From NCBI GenBank assembly GCA_964512265.1, contig CAZEHR010000014.1, positions 23,765 through 87,764 on the forward strand: a stretch of 64,000 bases of DNA, given 5' to 3'. Under the pieces are notes generated by a model, which was given only the letters and a program-made list of their open reading frames with translations, did no database searches and was not told where the DNA came from. Position 1 is the first letter of the stretch. Every line of letters starts with the position of its first letter. The DNA comes from an uncultured Sphingobium sp. Lineage in GTDB: Bacteria; Pseudomonadota; Alphaproteobacteria; Sphingomonadales; Sphingomonadaceae. Shown piece by piece: positions 31,050-40,646 of this stretch. The position numbers and the translations under genes are program-made.

Positions 31050-31483
31050 ACGAAACGATCCGCAAGTTCGGCTATCCCGCAACCTTGATCGGCGAGACGG
31101 CGCATTGGATCGTGCTGCTCCGCCCGGCGCAGGTGACATTGGGGTCGCTGGTGGTTGCCGCGAAATCGGATGCAACGGCATTCGGCGCCCTGCCGGGGGA
31201 ATGTCACGCCGAGCTGGGCGGGGTATCGCGCCGAGTGGAGGCGATGCTGCAAGCGGCGATATCGTATGAGCGCATCAACTGGCTGATGCTGATGATGGTG
31301 GACCCATATGTCCATTTCCATGTGCTGCCCCGCTATGACGGGGAGCGTCGCCATGGGGCGTTGACTGTGGCGGATGCGGGCTGGCCAGGCCCGCCGGATC
31401 TCAAGTCCGCTGTGGCACTATCGGAGGCGCAGCAGGCCGAGCTGGCGCGGTGGCTGGGCGGGCTTTGGAGCGAGGCGGCGTAA
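31046..31483 (+). CDS. HIT-family hydrolase
   Basis: DPYVHFHVLPRY histidine-triad-like motif; ATGA overlap with the upstream gene. Confidence 0.85.
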   Translation: MNETIRKFGYPATLIGETAHWIVLLRPAQVTLGSLVVAAKSDATAFGALPGECHAELGGVSRRVEAMLQAAISYERINWLMLMMVDPYVHFHVLPRYDGERRHGALTVADAGWPGPPDLKSAVALSEAQQAELARWLGGLWSEAA

Positions 31484-31490
31484 TCGGTAT

Positions 31491-31594
31491 TAGAGCATCG
31501 CGCCAAAAAGTGGGAACCGGTTTTTGGCAAAAGCGATGCGACAACAAAAAGATAGAGCGCGCGTCTTGCGTCAGATTTAACGCAGCGCGCTCTA
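31491..31594. repeat. About 104-bp two-hairpin element, RIME/Bru-RS-like
   Basis: Terminal TAGAGC...GCTCTA; hairpin GCATCGC-GCCAAAAA...TTTTTGGC-GCGATGC; spacer GACAACAAAAAGA; hairpin TAGAGCGCGC...GCGCGCTCTA. Confidence 0.75.
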
Positions 31595-32347
31595 GCGCCA
31601 GCCAGCGGTCAGCTTCTCGGCCACATCGACATCGTTGAGGAAGTCGACCTCGCCCCATTCCATGCCTTCGATGGACAGCGTGCCGACTTTTCCGGTGGAC
31701 GCGAGCTGGTCGATCACCTTGAGATACCAGTTCTGGACCCCGGCGGGCGTACGCATCGCCGCCTCCACCGCATCGCGGAACAGGGCGCCGCCCTCGCCAC
31801 GAAAGGCGAGGAAGCCTATCGATTCGGCATTGCTCTGGGCGGCGGTCAGCGTCTTGCCGATATGGACGAGGCGGTCGCCATCGCGCTCCACCTTCATGTC
31901 GTCGCTGTCGTAATTCGGCTTCACGTCGACCGTTACACAGATGGGCCAGTCCGCACCCTGTTGGACCCGCTCCACAAGGGGTCGGGATACGAGCGTGTCT
32001 CCATTTAATATCAAGTAGTTACCCGTCATCGCTTCCCGCGCGATCCAGCAACTCCCAAGGTTATCCGCTACCTTGAAAAAGGGATTGAAATGTTCCTTCA
32101 AAACCAGCCCCGGCCGCGCCAGCCGCTCCAGCTCCGCCTCCACCGCCTCGGTATGGAAGCCGGTAACGACATGGATTTCGTTGACCCCATTGGCGTGCAG
32201 CGCATCCACCTGCCACGCCAGCAAAGTCTTGCCGGAAAGGCCGATCAGGCATTTAGGCAGATCGGCGGTAAGGGGAAGGAGGCGGGAGCCTTGCCCCGCG
32301 CTCAGGATGATGGCGCGGCGGATCGGGGTGGATGCGGTGCTGGTCAT
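31592..32347 (-). CDS. Phosphocholine-cytidylyltransferase (LicC)-like nucleotidyltransferase
   Basis: AIILSAGQGSRLLPLTADLPKCL, NGDTL, DDMKV, WGEVD. Confidence 0.85.
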   Translation of the reverse strand: MTSTASTPIRRAIILSAGQGSRLLPLTADLPKCLIGLSGKTLLAWQVDALHANGVNEIHVVTGFHTEAVEAELERLARPGLVLKEHFNPFFKVADNLGSCWIAREAMTGNYLILNGDTLVSRPLVERVQQGADWPICVTVDVKPNYDSDDMKVERDGDRLVHIGKTLTAAQSNAESIGFLAFRGEGGALFRDAVEAAMRTPAGVQNWYLKVIDQLASTGKVGTLSIEGMEWGEVDFLNDVDVAEKLTAGWR

Positions 32348-32387
32348 GCGCCCAGATAGAAAAGGAAAGCGCCGCGCGCAAATATTC

Positions 32388-32753
32388 TCAGCAGGCGCGC
32401 GCGTTCATCAGGTGCGCGCCTGCCACTAGCGACACGCCAAGGATGGTGAGCAGCGCCTCGCTGAAGCCATGCGGCACAAACAGCGCCGCTGCCATCAACG
32501 CCAGGCCCGGAACGCCCGCGAGGATCGGCAAAGTGCGCCGGTGCCGTACAAGGCCGCTTCCCAGCGCCACTGCACCGAGCAATGTGGCACACGCCAGGCC
32601 GAATTCATGGATGCGAGGATCAGCAAACAGATGCCCAAGCGAAGTCAGCGTGCCGATCAATATGATGGTCGCCACACAGTGCACGACGCAGAAGCCGGAC
32701 AAAACGATCGCGGCTCGGTCAAGCCAGTAAAAATGGGGAACCCTCGGCTGCAT
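32388..32753 (-). CDS. MerC-domain membrane protein
   Basis: LDRAAIVLSGFCVVHC (CxxHC), four hydrophobic segments, C-terminal AHLMN. Confidence 0.85.
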   Translation of the reverse strand: MQPRVPHFYWLDRAAIVLSGFCVVHCVATIILIGTLTSLGHLFADPRIHEFGLACATLLGAVALGSGLVRHRRTLPILAGVPGLALMAAALFVPHGFSEALLTILGVSLVAGAHLMNARAC

Positions 32754-32789
32754 GCTACTCCTCGCCGGGCCTTATAGCCGCAAAATCTG

Positions 32790-32809
32790 AAGATACAATA
32801 TAACATTGC
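32790..32809. promoter_or_regulatory. Zur-like operator upstream of the merC-like gene
   Basis: Minus strand AATGTTATATTGTATCTT against the Zur consensus AATGTTATAnTATAACATT. Confidence 0.55.
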
Positions 32810-32864
32810 GCTGCCGAGAGGGTTCCCTCTTGAAAAGAGCAGGTTGTCGGCGCATCAGCCCGCT

Positions 32865-33917
32865 ATGACTGCGACGGACCAGACTGCCCCTGCCGCTTCC
32901 CTGACCGCCCGGCCGCGCGCTCTTGCTCGCTGGCTGTTCGTCATTGCTGCGCTGATTGTGCTGATGGTGGTGGTCGGCGGCATCACCCGCCTCACCGAAT
33001 CGGGATTGTCCATCACTGAGTGGAAGCCCGTGACCGGCGCGATCCCACCCCTCAACGAGGCGCAGTGGGCCGAGGAATTCGCGCGCTACCGGGACAGTTC
33101 GCAATATGTGCTGATGAACCAGGGCATGACCCTCTCTGCCTTCAAGCAGATCTATTTCTGGGAATATTTTCACCGGTTGATGGGGCGGGTGTTGGGGCTG
33201 GCCTTTGCGCTGCCGCTGATCTGGTTCGCCATCAAGCGAGCGATCCCCAATGGCTATGGTCTGCGCCTTGTCCTCCTGCTCGTGCTAGGCGGCGCGCAGG
33301 GCGCGATCGGCTGGCTGATGGTCAAGAGCGGACTGGTCGACAGGGTGAATGTGCAGCCCGCCATGCTCGCCGCGCATTTGCTGATGGCGCTCCTGCTACT
33401 GAGCGCGATTGTGTGGACCGCGCTTGATATGGTGGCGGAGGCTACGCGGCCGGGGCGGGGCAAAGCCCGGCTGCGCTGGGGGGCGGCTGTGGCGCTTGCC
33501 GCGCTGTTCGTGCAGATTTTCCTCGGCGCGATCACGGCGGGGCTGCGCGCGGGCTATGTTGCCAGTAGCTGGCCGCTTATGAACGACCATTTTGTGCCTG
33601 AAGGCATCGTGTGGTGGGGCAGCTTTTGGCGCACGATCACAAGCGACCCCTACCTCGTCCATTTCCTCCATCGCTGGTGGGCATGGGGCGCGGCTCTGTT
33701 GCTCATTCTGCTTGCGCGCCAGGTCAAGGCGGCGGGTGGGCGAGGCGCGTCAATAGCCCTCAACGCGACCGTCGGGACGCAGGTCGTGCTCGGTATCGCT
33801 ACGGTACTGAGCGGCATATCGCTGCCGCTGGCCGTGGCGCATCAGGCGGTGGGAGCACTGGTATTGGGCGCGGCAGTCTGGGCGGCGCATACCGTGGGAT
33901 CAGTGGGACGGTCATGA
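32865..33917 (+). CDS. ctaA: Heme A synthase (COX15/CtaA)
   Basis: VGGITRLTESGLSITEWKP, WEYFHRLMGR, QGAIGWLMVKSGL, HFLHR, HQ. Confidence 0.95.
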   Translation: MTATDQTAPAASLTARPRALARWLFVIAALIVLMVVVGGITRLTESGLSITEWKPVTGAIPPLNEAQWAEEFARYRDSSQYVLMNQGMTLSAFKQIYFWEYFHRLMGRVLGLAFALPLIWFAIKRAIPNGYGLRLVLLLVLGGAQGAIGWLMVKSGLVDRVNVQPAMLAAHLLMALLLLSAIVWTALDMVAEATRPGRGKARLRWGAAVALAALFVQIFLGAITAGLRAGYVASSWPLMNDHFVPEGIVWWGSFWRTITSDPYLVHFLHRWWAWGAALLLILLARQVKAAGGRGASIALNATVGTQVVLGIATVLSGISLPLAVAHQAVGALVLGAAVWAAHTVGSVGRS

Positions 33918-34234
33918 GCGGTCTCGCGCTCGTTTATGCCGTGTTCGCGGATGCCGATAGCGCGGCCGTGGTTGGGCGCGCTGTTGTCAAGGAGCGGCTG
34001 GCCGCCTGCGTCAATATTCTGGGAGGATGCCACTCGATTTACGAATGGGAGGGAGCGGTGCAGGACAGCGCAGAGGTTCCCGCGATGTTCAAAACCACGA
34101 CCGAGCTGGCACCCACCCTCATCGCGCGGATCGCTGAGCTGCACACTTATGCCGTCCCCGCGATCCTGAGCTGGCCTGTCGAGACAGCGCATGACCCTTT
34201 CGCACACTGGGTAAATGCACAGACCATTAGGTAG
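33914..34234 (+). CDS. cutA: Divalent-cation tolerance protein CutA
   Basis: ERLAACVNI, SIYEWEG, LHTYAVPAI. Confidence 0.92.
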   Translation: MSGLALVYAVFADADSAAVVGRAVVKERLAACVNILGGCHSIYEWEGAVQDSAEVPAMFKTTTELAPTLIARIAELHTYAVPAILSWPVETAHDPFAHWVNAQTIR

Positions 34235-34273
34235 GAGGTATTATTTTACCTCCGCCCAGAGGCCCACTTTTGC

Positions 34274-34302
34274 TTGACTCTTGGGGTTCCTAACGCCAAT
34301 AG
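34274..34302 (+). promoter_or_regulatory. Candidate sigma70 promoter of rplM-rpsI
   Basis: TTGACT-N17-CAATAG upstream of rplM. Confidence 0.45.
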
Positions 34303-34362
34303 GCCGCTTCCGCTCGCGGGGTTTCCTCGCGCGCCCTATCATCAATCAGGAGTTTTCGGGCC

Positions 34363-34842
34363 ATGAAGGCGCTGATGAAAACGACCAAGCCGGCCACCCC
34401 GGCAACGGTGGAAAAGAAATGGGTGCTGATCGACGCCGAGGGCCTCGTCGTCGGCCGCGCCGCCTCGATCATCGCGAACATCCTGCGCGGCAAGCACAAG
34501 CCGAGCTTCACCCCGCATGTCGATTGCGGTGACAATGTCATCATCATCAATGCGGGCAAGGTGAAGTTCACCGGCAAGAAGCTGACCGACAAGGTGTATT
34601 ACAAGCACACCGGCTATGCAGGCGGCATCAAGGAAACTACGCCGCAGAAGGTGCTGGAAGGCCGTTTCCCGGAGCGCGTTCTGGAGAAGGCGATCGAGCG
34701 CATGATCCCGCGCGGCCCGCTGGGCCGTCAGCAGATGCGCAATCTGCGTATTTTCGCTGGGTCAGAGCATCCGCACGAAGCCCAGAACCCGGAAGTGCTC
34801 GATCTCGCTTCCCGCAACCGCAAGAACAAGGTGGGTGCATAA
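34363..34842 (+). CDS. rplM: 50S ribosomal protein L13
   Basis: [36 protein letters not shown]. Confidence 0.99.
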   Translation: MKALMKTTKPATPATVEKKWVLIDAEGLVVGRAASIIANILRGKHKPSFTPHVDCGDNVIIINAGKVKFTGKKLTDKVYYKHTGYAGGIKETTPQKVLEGRFPERVLEKAIERMIPRGPLGRQQMRNLRIFAGSEHPHEAQNPEVLDLASRNRKNKVGA

Positions 34843-35348
34843 TGTCCGATACCGTCAATTCGCTCTCTGATCTTCAGGGCCTGACCACCGGTGCGGACAC
34901 TGCCGTCTCCGCGCCCGTCGTATCCGAAACCGCGCCGCTGCGCATTCAGGAGCTCGACAAGCAAGGCCGCGCCTACGCCACCGGCCGCCGCAAGGATGCC
35001 GTTGCCCGCGTCTGGGTGAAGCCCGGCACCGGGAAGATCACGGTCAACGGCCGCGATCAGGAAAGCTATTTCGCGCGCCCCACGCTGCGCCTCGTCATCA
35101 ACCAGCCGTTCTCGGTCACGGACCGCGAGGGCCAGTATGATGTCGTCTGCACGGTGAAGGGCGGCGGTCTTTCCGGCCAGGCGGGTGCGGTTAAGCACGG
35201 CATTGCCCAGGCGCTGACCAAATATGAGCCGGCTCTGCGCAGCGCGGTGAAGGCCGAGGGTTTCCTCACCCGCGACAGCCGCACGGTGGAGCGCAAGAAG
35301 TACGGTCGGGCCAAGGCTCGACGCAGCTTCCAGTTCTCGAAGCGCTAA
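34842..35348 (+). CDS. rpsI: 30S ribosomal protein S9
   Basis: [32 protein letters not shown]. Confidence 0.99.
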   Translation: MSDTVNSLSDLQGLTTGADTAVSAPVVSETAPLRIQELDKQGRAYATGRRKDAVARVWVKPGTGKITVNGRDQESYFARPTLRLVINQPFSVTDREGQYDVVCTVKGGGLSGQAGAVKHGIAQALTKYEPALRSAVKAEGFLTRDSRTVERKKYGRAKARRSFQFSKR

Positions 35349-35371
35349 TCGGGCGAAATCGCATTTCGAAA

Positions 35372-35397
35372 GGGCCGGTTTTCCCGGCCCTTTTTTT
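35372..35397 (+). terminator. Intrinsic terminator of rplM-rpsI
   Basis: GGGCCGG-TTTTC-CCGGCCC followed by T7. Confidence 0.9.
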
Positions 35398-35442
35398 GTG
35401 CCCGCTGTCCGGTCGTCTATAATGTTTCAGGCGGAGGCACGG

Positions 35443-35892
35443 ATGCACGATATCGAACGGCTCATTCAAGAGCATAGGGCAATGGACGAGCTTGCCCAGG
35501 ATCTGCTGGAATTGATGGAGTCTCCTGAGCCGCGCGCGGAGGAGGCGTTCTCGCTTGTAAGGCGCTTATCCGCCTGCCTCGATGAACATCTCGCCGCCGA
35601 ACAGGGTTTTCTCTACGCTGATCATTTTGCCGCCGTGCCCGGTCGGCTCGATGGAGAAGTCGCTGCTTTTGAACGCGCGTTTGCCGATCTCAAGGAGGAA
35701 TGGGCGCTCTACCTGCTGGAGTGGATGCCCGAGAATATCGGTGTCGACTGGCGCAACTTCTCTCACGCGACGGGTTGGATCATCGGCCGTTTGCGCGAAC
35801 GCATCGCGCAAGAGGATGACATCCTCTACCCGCTTGCGCTGCAACAGGGCCGGATCAGGCTGCGCCCGGCAGGATCGCCTAGCTCAGGATGA
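35443..35892 (+). CDS. Hemerythrin-like (HHE) domain protein
   Basis: QEHRAM, EHLAAEQGFLY, RIAQEDDILYPLA four-helix HHE pattern. Confidence 0.75.
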   Translation: MHDIERLIQEHRAMDELAQDLLELMESPEPRAEEAFSLVRRLSACLDEHLAAEQGFLYADHFAAVPGRLDGEVAAFERAFADLKEEWALYLLEWMPENIGVDWRNFSHATGWIIGRLRERIAQEDDILYPLALQQGRIRLRPAGSPSSG

Positions 35893-36568
35893 AGTCCAGC
35901 GCCGCCTGCGCGTGAATGGTAGTCGAGTCATATATCGGCAGTACGTTGGCGCGCACGTCGACGATCAGCTCCAGCTCGGTACAGGCCAATACCACTGCCT
36001 GAACCTGCTGCTTGGCGATGTCGGTCAGCTCGGACTTCATAAACCGCTCCGACTCGCGTGAGACCTTGCCCAGCACCAGCTCGTCATAAACAATTTTGTC
36101 GACCCGCTCGGCCAGCTCCATGTCCGGTGGCAACAGCGAGATGCCGCAAGAGACTAGCCTCTGACGATAGAATTTCTCGGTCATCACATTGCGCGTGCCG
36201 ACGATGGCGGCGGACTTGATCCCATCCGCCTGCATCTTGGCGCCAATCGTCTCGGCAATGTGCAGCACCGGCACGGAGACGGCCTCCGCAACGCGTTCGT
36301 AAATGACGTGCATGGAGTTCGCACAAATCACGAGGCCTTCAGCCCCCGCCGCCTCAAGGCGCTTCGCCGCAGCGATCAGCGGTCCGCTCGCGCAGTCCCA
36401 ATCCTCTGTCGTCGTACACCGCGCCACTTCGGCGAAATCGAGGCTCTCGATCACCAGCGGGGCGCTGTGGAAACCGCCGAGGCGCCGGGCCACGCCCTTG
36501 TTGATAATCTCGTAATAGCGCGCCGTAGAGCTCCAGCTCAGTCCGCCGATCAGTCCGAATTTCTTCAT
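35879..36568 (-). CDS. Aspartate/glutamate racemase family protein (YgeA-like)
   Basis: GLIGGLSWSST, ICANSMH, VVLACTEL. Confidence 0.9.
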   Translation of the reverse strand: MKKFGLIGGLSWSSTARYYEIINKGVARRLGGFHSAPLVIESLDFAEVARCTTTEDWDCASGPLIAAAKRLEAAGAEGLVICANSMHVIYERVAEAVSVPVLHIAETIGAKMQADGIKSAAIVGTRNVMTEKFYRQRLVSCGISLLPPDMELAERVDKIVYDELVLGKVSRESERFMKSELTDIAKQQVQAVVLACTELELIVDVRANVLPIYDSTTIHAQAALDFILS

Positions 36569-36660
36569 GGCTTCCCCCAGACGGCGATGATTGACGGCGC
36601 GGCACTGCACTCTGGCTCACGGCATATACGGCATGGTGAAGCAGGCGCAAGAGGCGCGGG

Positions 36661-38616
36661 CTATGCTCCCGCTGGCGCTGCGCCGCCGAGCCCGCCCTTG
36701 CCGCGTCGCCCGGACCGGGGGATCGAGGTGCCCGCAAGCGGAATCGGGCTCGGCTTGATCCTGGTGCCGTCGTCACGGGTTATCTCGCCCTTGTCGAGCA
36801 GCGTCTTGATCTCGTCGCCGGACAGCGTCTCATATTCAAGCAGAGCGTTGGCAAGGAGATGCAGCTGCGCCTCGAAATCAGACAGCACCCTTTTGGCGCG
36901 ATCATAGCCAGCCTCTACGATCCGGCGGATTTCCTGGTCGATCGCCTTGGCCGTCTCGTTCGACATGTGCACGCGCTGGCTCTGGGAATAGCCGAGGAAG
37001 GTCTCGCCCTGCTGCTCCTCATATTGCAGCGGGCCGAGCTCATCGGACATGCCCCACTGCGTCACCATGTCGCGCGCGAGGCGGGTGGCGTACTGAATGT
37101 CGCCAGACGCGCCTGAGCTGACCTTGTCATAGCCGAAGATGATCTCCTCGGCCACGCGCCCGCCCATGGAGACGGCGAGGTTCGCGTACATCTTGTCGCG
37201 GTGATAGGAATAATTGTCGCGCTCAGGCAGGCGCATAACCATGCCCAGCGCGCGGCCGCGCGGGATGATCGTCGCCTTGTGAATCGGGTCTGAGGCAGGC
37301 TCGTGTACTGCGACGATGGCGTGGCCTGCCTCGTGATAGGCAGTCATCTTCTTTTCGTCCTCGGTCATGACCATGGACTTGCGCTCCGCGCCCATCATCA
37401 CCTTGTCCTTGGCGGCCTCGAACTCCGCGCTGGCGACAAGGCGCTTACCCCGACGCGCGGCCATCAACGCGGCCTCGTTGACGAGATTGGCGAGGTCCGC
37501 GCCGGAGAAGCCGGGTGTGCCACGCGCGATTGTGCGCGCGTCGACATCAGGCGCGAGCGGCACCTTCTTCATATGCACTTCAAGAATCTTCACGCGGCCC
37601 TCGATATCCGGGCGCGGCACCACCACCTGGCGGTCGAAACGGCCGGGGCGCAGCAGCGCTGGGTCGAGCACGTCTGGGCGGTTGGTCGCCGCGACGATGA
37701 TGATACCCTCGTTCGATTCGAAGCCGTCCATTTCGACCAGCAACTGGTTCAGCGTCTGCTCGCGCTCGTCATTGCCGTTACCAAGCCCCGCGCCACGGTG
37801 GCGGCCGACAGCGTCAATCTCGTCGATGAAGACAATGCAGGGCGCGTTCTTTTTCGCCTGCTCGAACATGTCGCGCACACGTGACGCGCCAACGCCGACG
37901 AACATCTCGACAAAGTCCGAGCCCGAAATGGTGAAGAACGGCACGCCTGCCTCGCCCGCGATCGCGCGGGCCAGCAGCGTCTTGCCGGTGCCGGGCGATC
38001 CGACGAGCAGCGCACCCTTGGGGATTTTGCCGCCAAGACGGGCGAACTTGCCCGGATCCTTAAGGAACTCGACGATTTCCTGCAGCTCTTCGCGCGCTTC
38101 ATCGATGCCAGCAACATCGTCAAAGGTCACGCGGCCCGATTTCTCGGTCAGCAGCTTGGCCTTGGATTTGCCAAAGCCCATCGCGCCACCCGCGCCGCCA
38201 CCCTTCTGCATCTGGCGCAGCACGAAGAACGCAACGCCCAGAATCAGCAGGAACGGCAATGACTGATAGAGCAATACCATCCAGAAGCTCGGCTGCTCCT
38301 CCGCCTTGCCGCTATATTTGACGTTATAGTCGTCCAAAAGGCCGATAAGGCCGGGGTCGTTGACCGGGACGGTGGAAAATTTTTGGCCGTTGTTGAGGGT
38401 GCCGTAAATATGGTCGGGACCGACCGAGACTTCCTTGATCTGGCCGTCCGCGATCTTGGTACGGAAATCGGAGTAGGCGATGGCGGTGCCACCTGTCGCG
38501 CCATCCCGGTTTTCGACGACCGACACCACCAGCAACAGGGCGAATACGACCCCGGCCCATATCATCGCGCTTCTGATCCAGGGGTTGCCCTGCTGCGGTT
38601 CCTTGTCGTCGTTCAT
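36661..38616 (-). CDS. ftsH: ATP-dependent zinc metalloprotease FtsH
   Basis: [30 protein letters not shown]. Confidence 0.99.
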   Translation of the reverse strand: MNDDKEPQQGNPWIRSAMIWAGVVFALLLVVSVVENRDGATGGTAIAYSDFRTKIADGQIKEVSVGPDHIYGTLNNGQKFSTVPVNDPGLIGLLDDYNVKYSGKAEEQPSFWMVLLYQSLPFLLILGVAFFVLRQMQKGGGAGGAMGFGKSKAKLLTEKSGRVTFDDVAGIDEAREELQEIVEFLKDPGKFARLGGKIPKGALLVGSPGTGKTLLARAIAGEAGVPFFTISGSDFVEMFVGVGASRVRDMFEQAKKNAPCIVFIDEIDAVGRHRGAGLGNGNDEREQTLNQLLVEMDGFESNEGIIIVAATNRPDVLDPALLRPGRFDRQVVVPRPDIEGRVKILEVHMKKVPLAPDVDARTIARGTPGFSGADLANLVNEAALMAARRGKRLVASAEFEAAKDKVMMGAERKSMVMTEDEKKMTAYHEAGHAIVAVHEPASDPIHKATIIPRGRALGMVMRLPERDNYSYHRDKMYANLAVSMGGRVAEEIIFGYDKVSSGASGDIQYATRLARDMVTQWGMSDELGPLQYEEQQGETFLGYSQSQRVHMSNETAKAIDQEIRRIVEAGYDRAKRVLSDFEAQLHLLANALLEYETLSGDEIKTLLDKGEITRDDGTRIKPSPIPLAGTSIPRSGRRGKGGLGGAAPAGA

Positions 38617-38670
38617 TTTACCCTCATGTCGTCCCGCCAAGATAAGGCGGACAGCGCAAAGTACAATGGC

Positions 38671-39633
38671 TCATCCACCGGATCGTCGCGGCGCCGCGAC
38701 GAGACGCCACAGCGCGCCTCCGCTTATAAGCCACCGGCCGATGCTGGCCTGCTTACCATGCAATAGCTGAACAAGTGCTTGATCGATCGTGTCTCCGCGC
38801 ATCGCGAGCATGTCAGGCTCTGCGGCGTGCACCATCCGCATGATCAGCCGCCGCTGCACTTCGCGCGGGAAGTCGTGCCGGTCCAGCACCCAGCCGCCTT
38901 CCCCATCCGGGCGGATATGCCGCGCGGCAAGATCGTCCACCAGCCAGGCCAGCGCATCTTCTGCATCGGCACAGGCTGCGGCGGTGCGAGCTGCCGCAAG
39001 CGGATCGAGCCAGTCCACATCGGCAAGATGTTGCCGCATCTCGACCCGATTGAACCGCGCGTCGTCATTGCTCGGGTCATGCACATGCGGCAGCTCGTGT
39101 GCGCGCACCACCTCCATCAACTCCGATCGCCGCCAGTCTAGCAGTGGACGCAGCACCGCGCCGTTGCGCGCGCGGACGCCCGCCATCCCGCCCACGCCCG
39201 AAGAACGGTTGAGGCGCATCAGCAGCGTTTCGAGCTGATCGTCGGCATGATGGGCGGTGAGCAGCCAGTCGGCGCGTTCTTCCACGCGCCAGGCGTGCAA
39301 TAGCGCATAGCGCGCCGCGCGCGCGGACGCCTGGATGCTGCCGCTGATGGGGGTTGGCGGAGCGAGAATTGCGTGAGGGATATCATGCTCCGCGCACCAG
39401 CGCGCCACCATCTCCGCCTCGGCGCGGGCATCTGTGCGCAGGCCATGGTCGACAGTGGCGGCGCATATACGGCCGGGGAAGGCCTGCGCGGCCAGCCAGA
39501 GCAGGGCCATGCTGTCCGGCCCACCCGACACTGCAACGCCAAGGCGCAACTGCCCGGCGGCGTTGGCCCCGATCAGTGTGGTGCAGTCTCTTCGGAAACG
39601 CTCAACCCACGGCTCAGGCGCCGCACTTGGCAC
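38671..39633 (-). CDS. tilS: tRNA(Ile)-lysidine synthetase
   Basis: VAVSGGPDSMAL, VDHGLR, TAHHADDQLET, RPLL. Confidence 0.95.
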   Translation of the reverse strand: MPSAAPEPWVERFRRDCTTLIGANAAGQLRLGVAVSGGPDSMALLWLAAQAFPGRICAATVDHGLRTDARAEAEMVARWCAEHDIPHAILAPPTPISGSIQASARAARYALLHAWRVEERADWLLTAHHADDQLETLLMRLNRSSGVGGMAGVRARNGAVLRPLLDWRRSELMEVVRAHELPHVHDPSNDDARFNRVEMRQHLADVDWLDPLAAARTAAACADAEDALAWLVDDLAARHIRPDGEGGWVLDRHDFPREVQRRLIMRMVHAAEPDMLAMRGDTIDQALVQLLHGKQASIGRWLISGGALWRLVAAPRRSGG

Positions 39634-40555
39634 GGACGCGGCCCTTCTCCATCATCGTGCGCAGGTCGGACGCCAGGCTGGAGCCATAGCTTTTGGTCAG
39701 TTCATCATAGACCTTGCAGGCGTCGGCAGGCTTCTTCAGCTGGATCAGCGCCTCGCCCAGATAGGCAAGGCTTTGTGCCGTGCGGTCGCCATTGGGCCGC
39801 GTGCGGTAATTCTCATAGAATGCGACCGAGGCAAGCGCAGGCTTGCCGTCGTCGAGATAGGCGCGGCCCAGCAGATTTTGCGCGCGACTGCCGACGGACG
39901 TATTGCCAAATTTCTCGACCGTAGTCTTCAGCTGCACTTGCGCTTCGGGGTAGAATTTGGCGCTCCACAAGCGGAAACCATATGTATAGGCATCGTTCGC
40001 AGCGTCACCAGTATCCGGGCGCTCGATCGCGGCGACGGCTGCCTTGCGCGCTTCGTCCGCGACGGAGGGCTTGGCGGGCGTCGCCTTGGGTGGCGCGGCG
40101 GGCTTGGCCGGAGCGGCGGTTGGGGCTGAACTGCGCACGGCTGCCGGAGTGGCTGCTGCCAATGCCGGCGCGGCGTCGACCGCTGGCGGCATCAGCTGCG
40201 CCTTCATCTCCTCGAATTTCTGTTCGAGCAGCTTGAGCTTGTAGCTGTTCTGCTCGGTCTGCCCGGTCAGCGTGGCGAGCTGGCTTTCCAGCGCCGTGAC
40301 CCGCGCGATAAGGTCGCTAACGGGCGTGGAAGCGGGGGCGGCGGGAGCGGCCTCGGGCGCGGCCGCCGTGATGTCCGGCTCGACCGGGGCGCCGTTGGGG
40401 AAGACTTTGCGCTGCACCGCGCGCACTTCCTTCTCCAGCCGGTCGACCCGCTTGTCGATCGGCACGACAGGCTCGGCCGCCGCCGCGCTGCTTGCCAGCG
40501 CCAGAGTGCTGGCCGCCAGGCAAAAGGCCGAAAACCCAGTGGTGATAAAATGCAT
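39614..40555 (-). CDS. CpoB/YbgF-like periplasmic coiled-coil + TPR protein
   Basis: Signal peptide, RVDRLEKEVRAVQRKVFP, LTGQTEQN, TPR region LGEALIQLKKPADAC; position before tilS-ftsH. Confidence 0.8.
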   Translation of the reverse strand: MHFITTGFSAFCLAASTLALASSAAAAEPVVPIDKRVDRLEKEVRAVQRKVFPNGAPVEPDITAAAPEAAPAAPASTPVSDLIARVTALESQLATLTGQTEQNSYKLKLLEQKFEEMKAQLMPPAVDAAPALAAATPAAVRSSAPTAAPAKPAAPPKATPAKPSVADEARKAAVAAIERPDTGDAANDAYTYGFRLWSAKFYPEAQVQLKTTVEKFGNTSVGSRAQNLLGRAYLDDGKPALASVAFYENYRTRPNGDRTAQSLAYLGEALIQLKKPADACKVYDELTKSYGSSLASDLRTMMEKGRVRAKCGA

Positions 40556-40646
40556 GACAGAACCAACCCCGGAGAAATGACGTGCGGGCACCATAAACAG
40601 GCCCGCGGGAAAAGGGAAGGAAGGCGCGGCTCGCCCCGGCGAGATT

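Noticed and set aside
32388-32753. Mercury-resistance locus
   Set aside because: Lone MerC-domain gene with no merR, merA, merP or merT and no transposon
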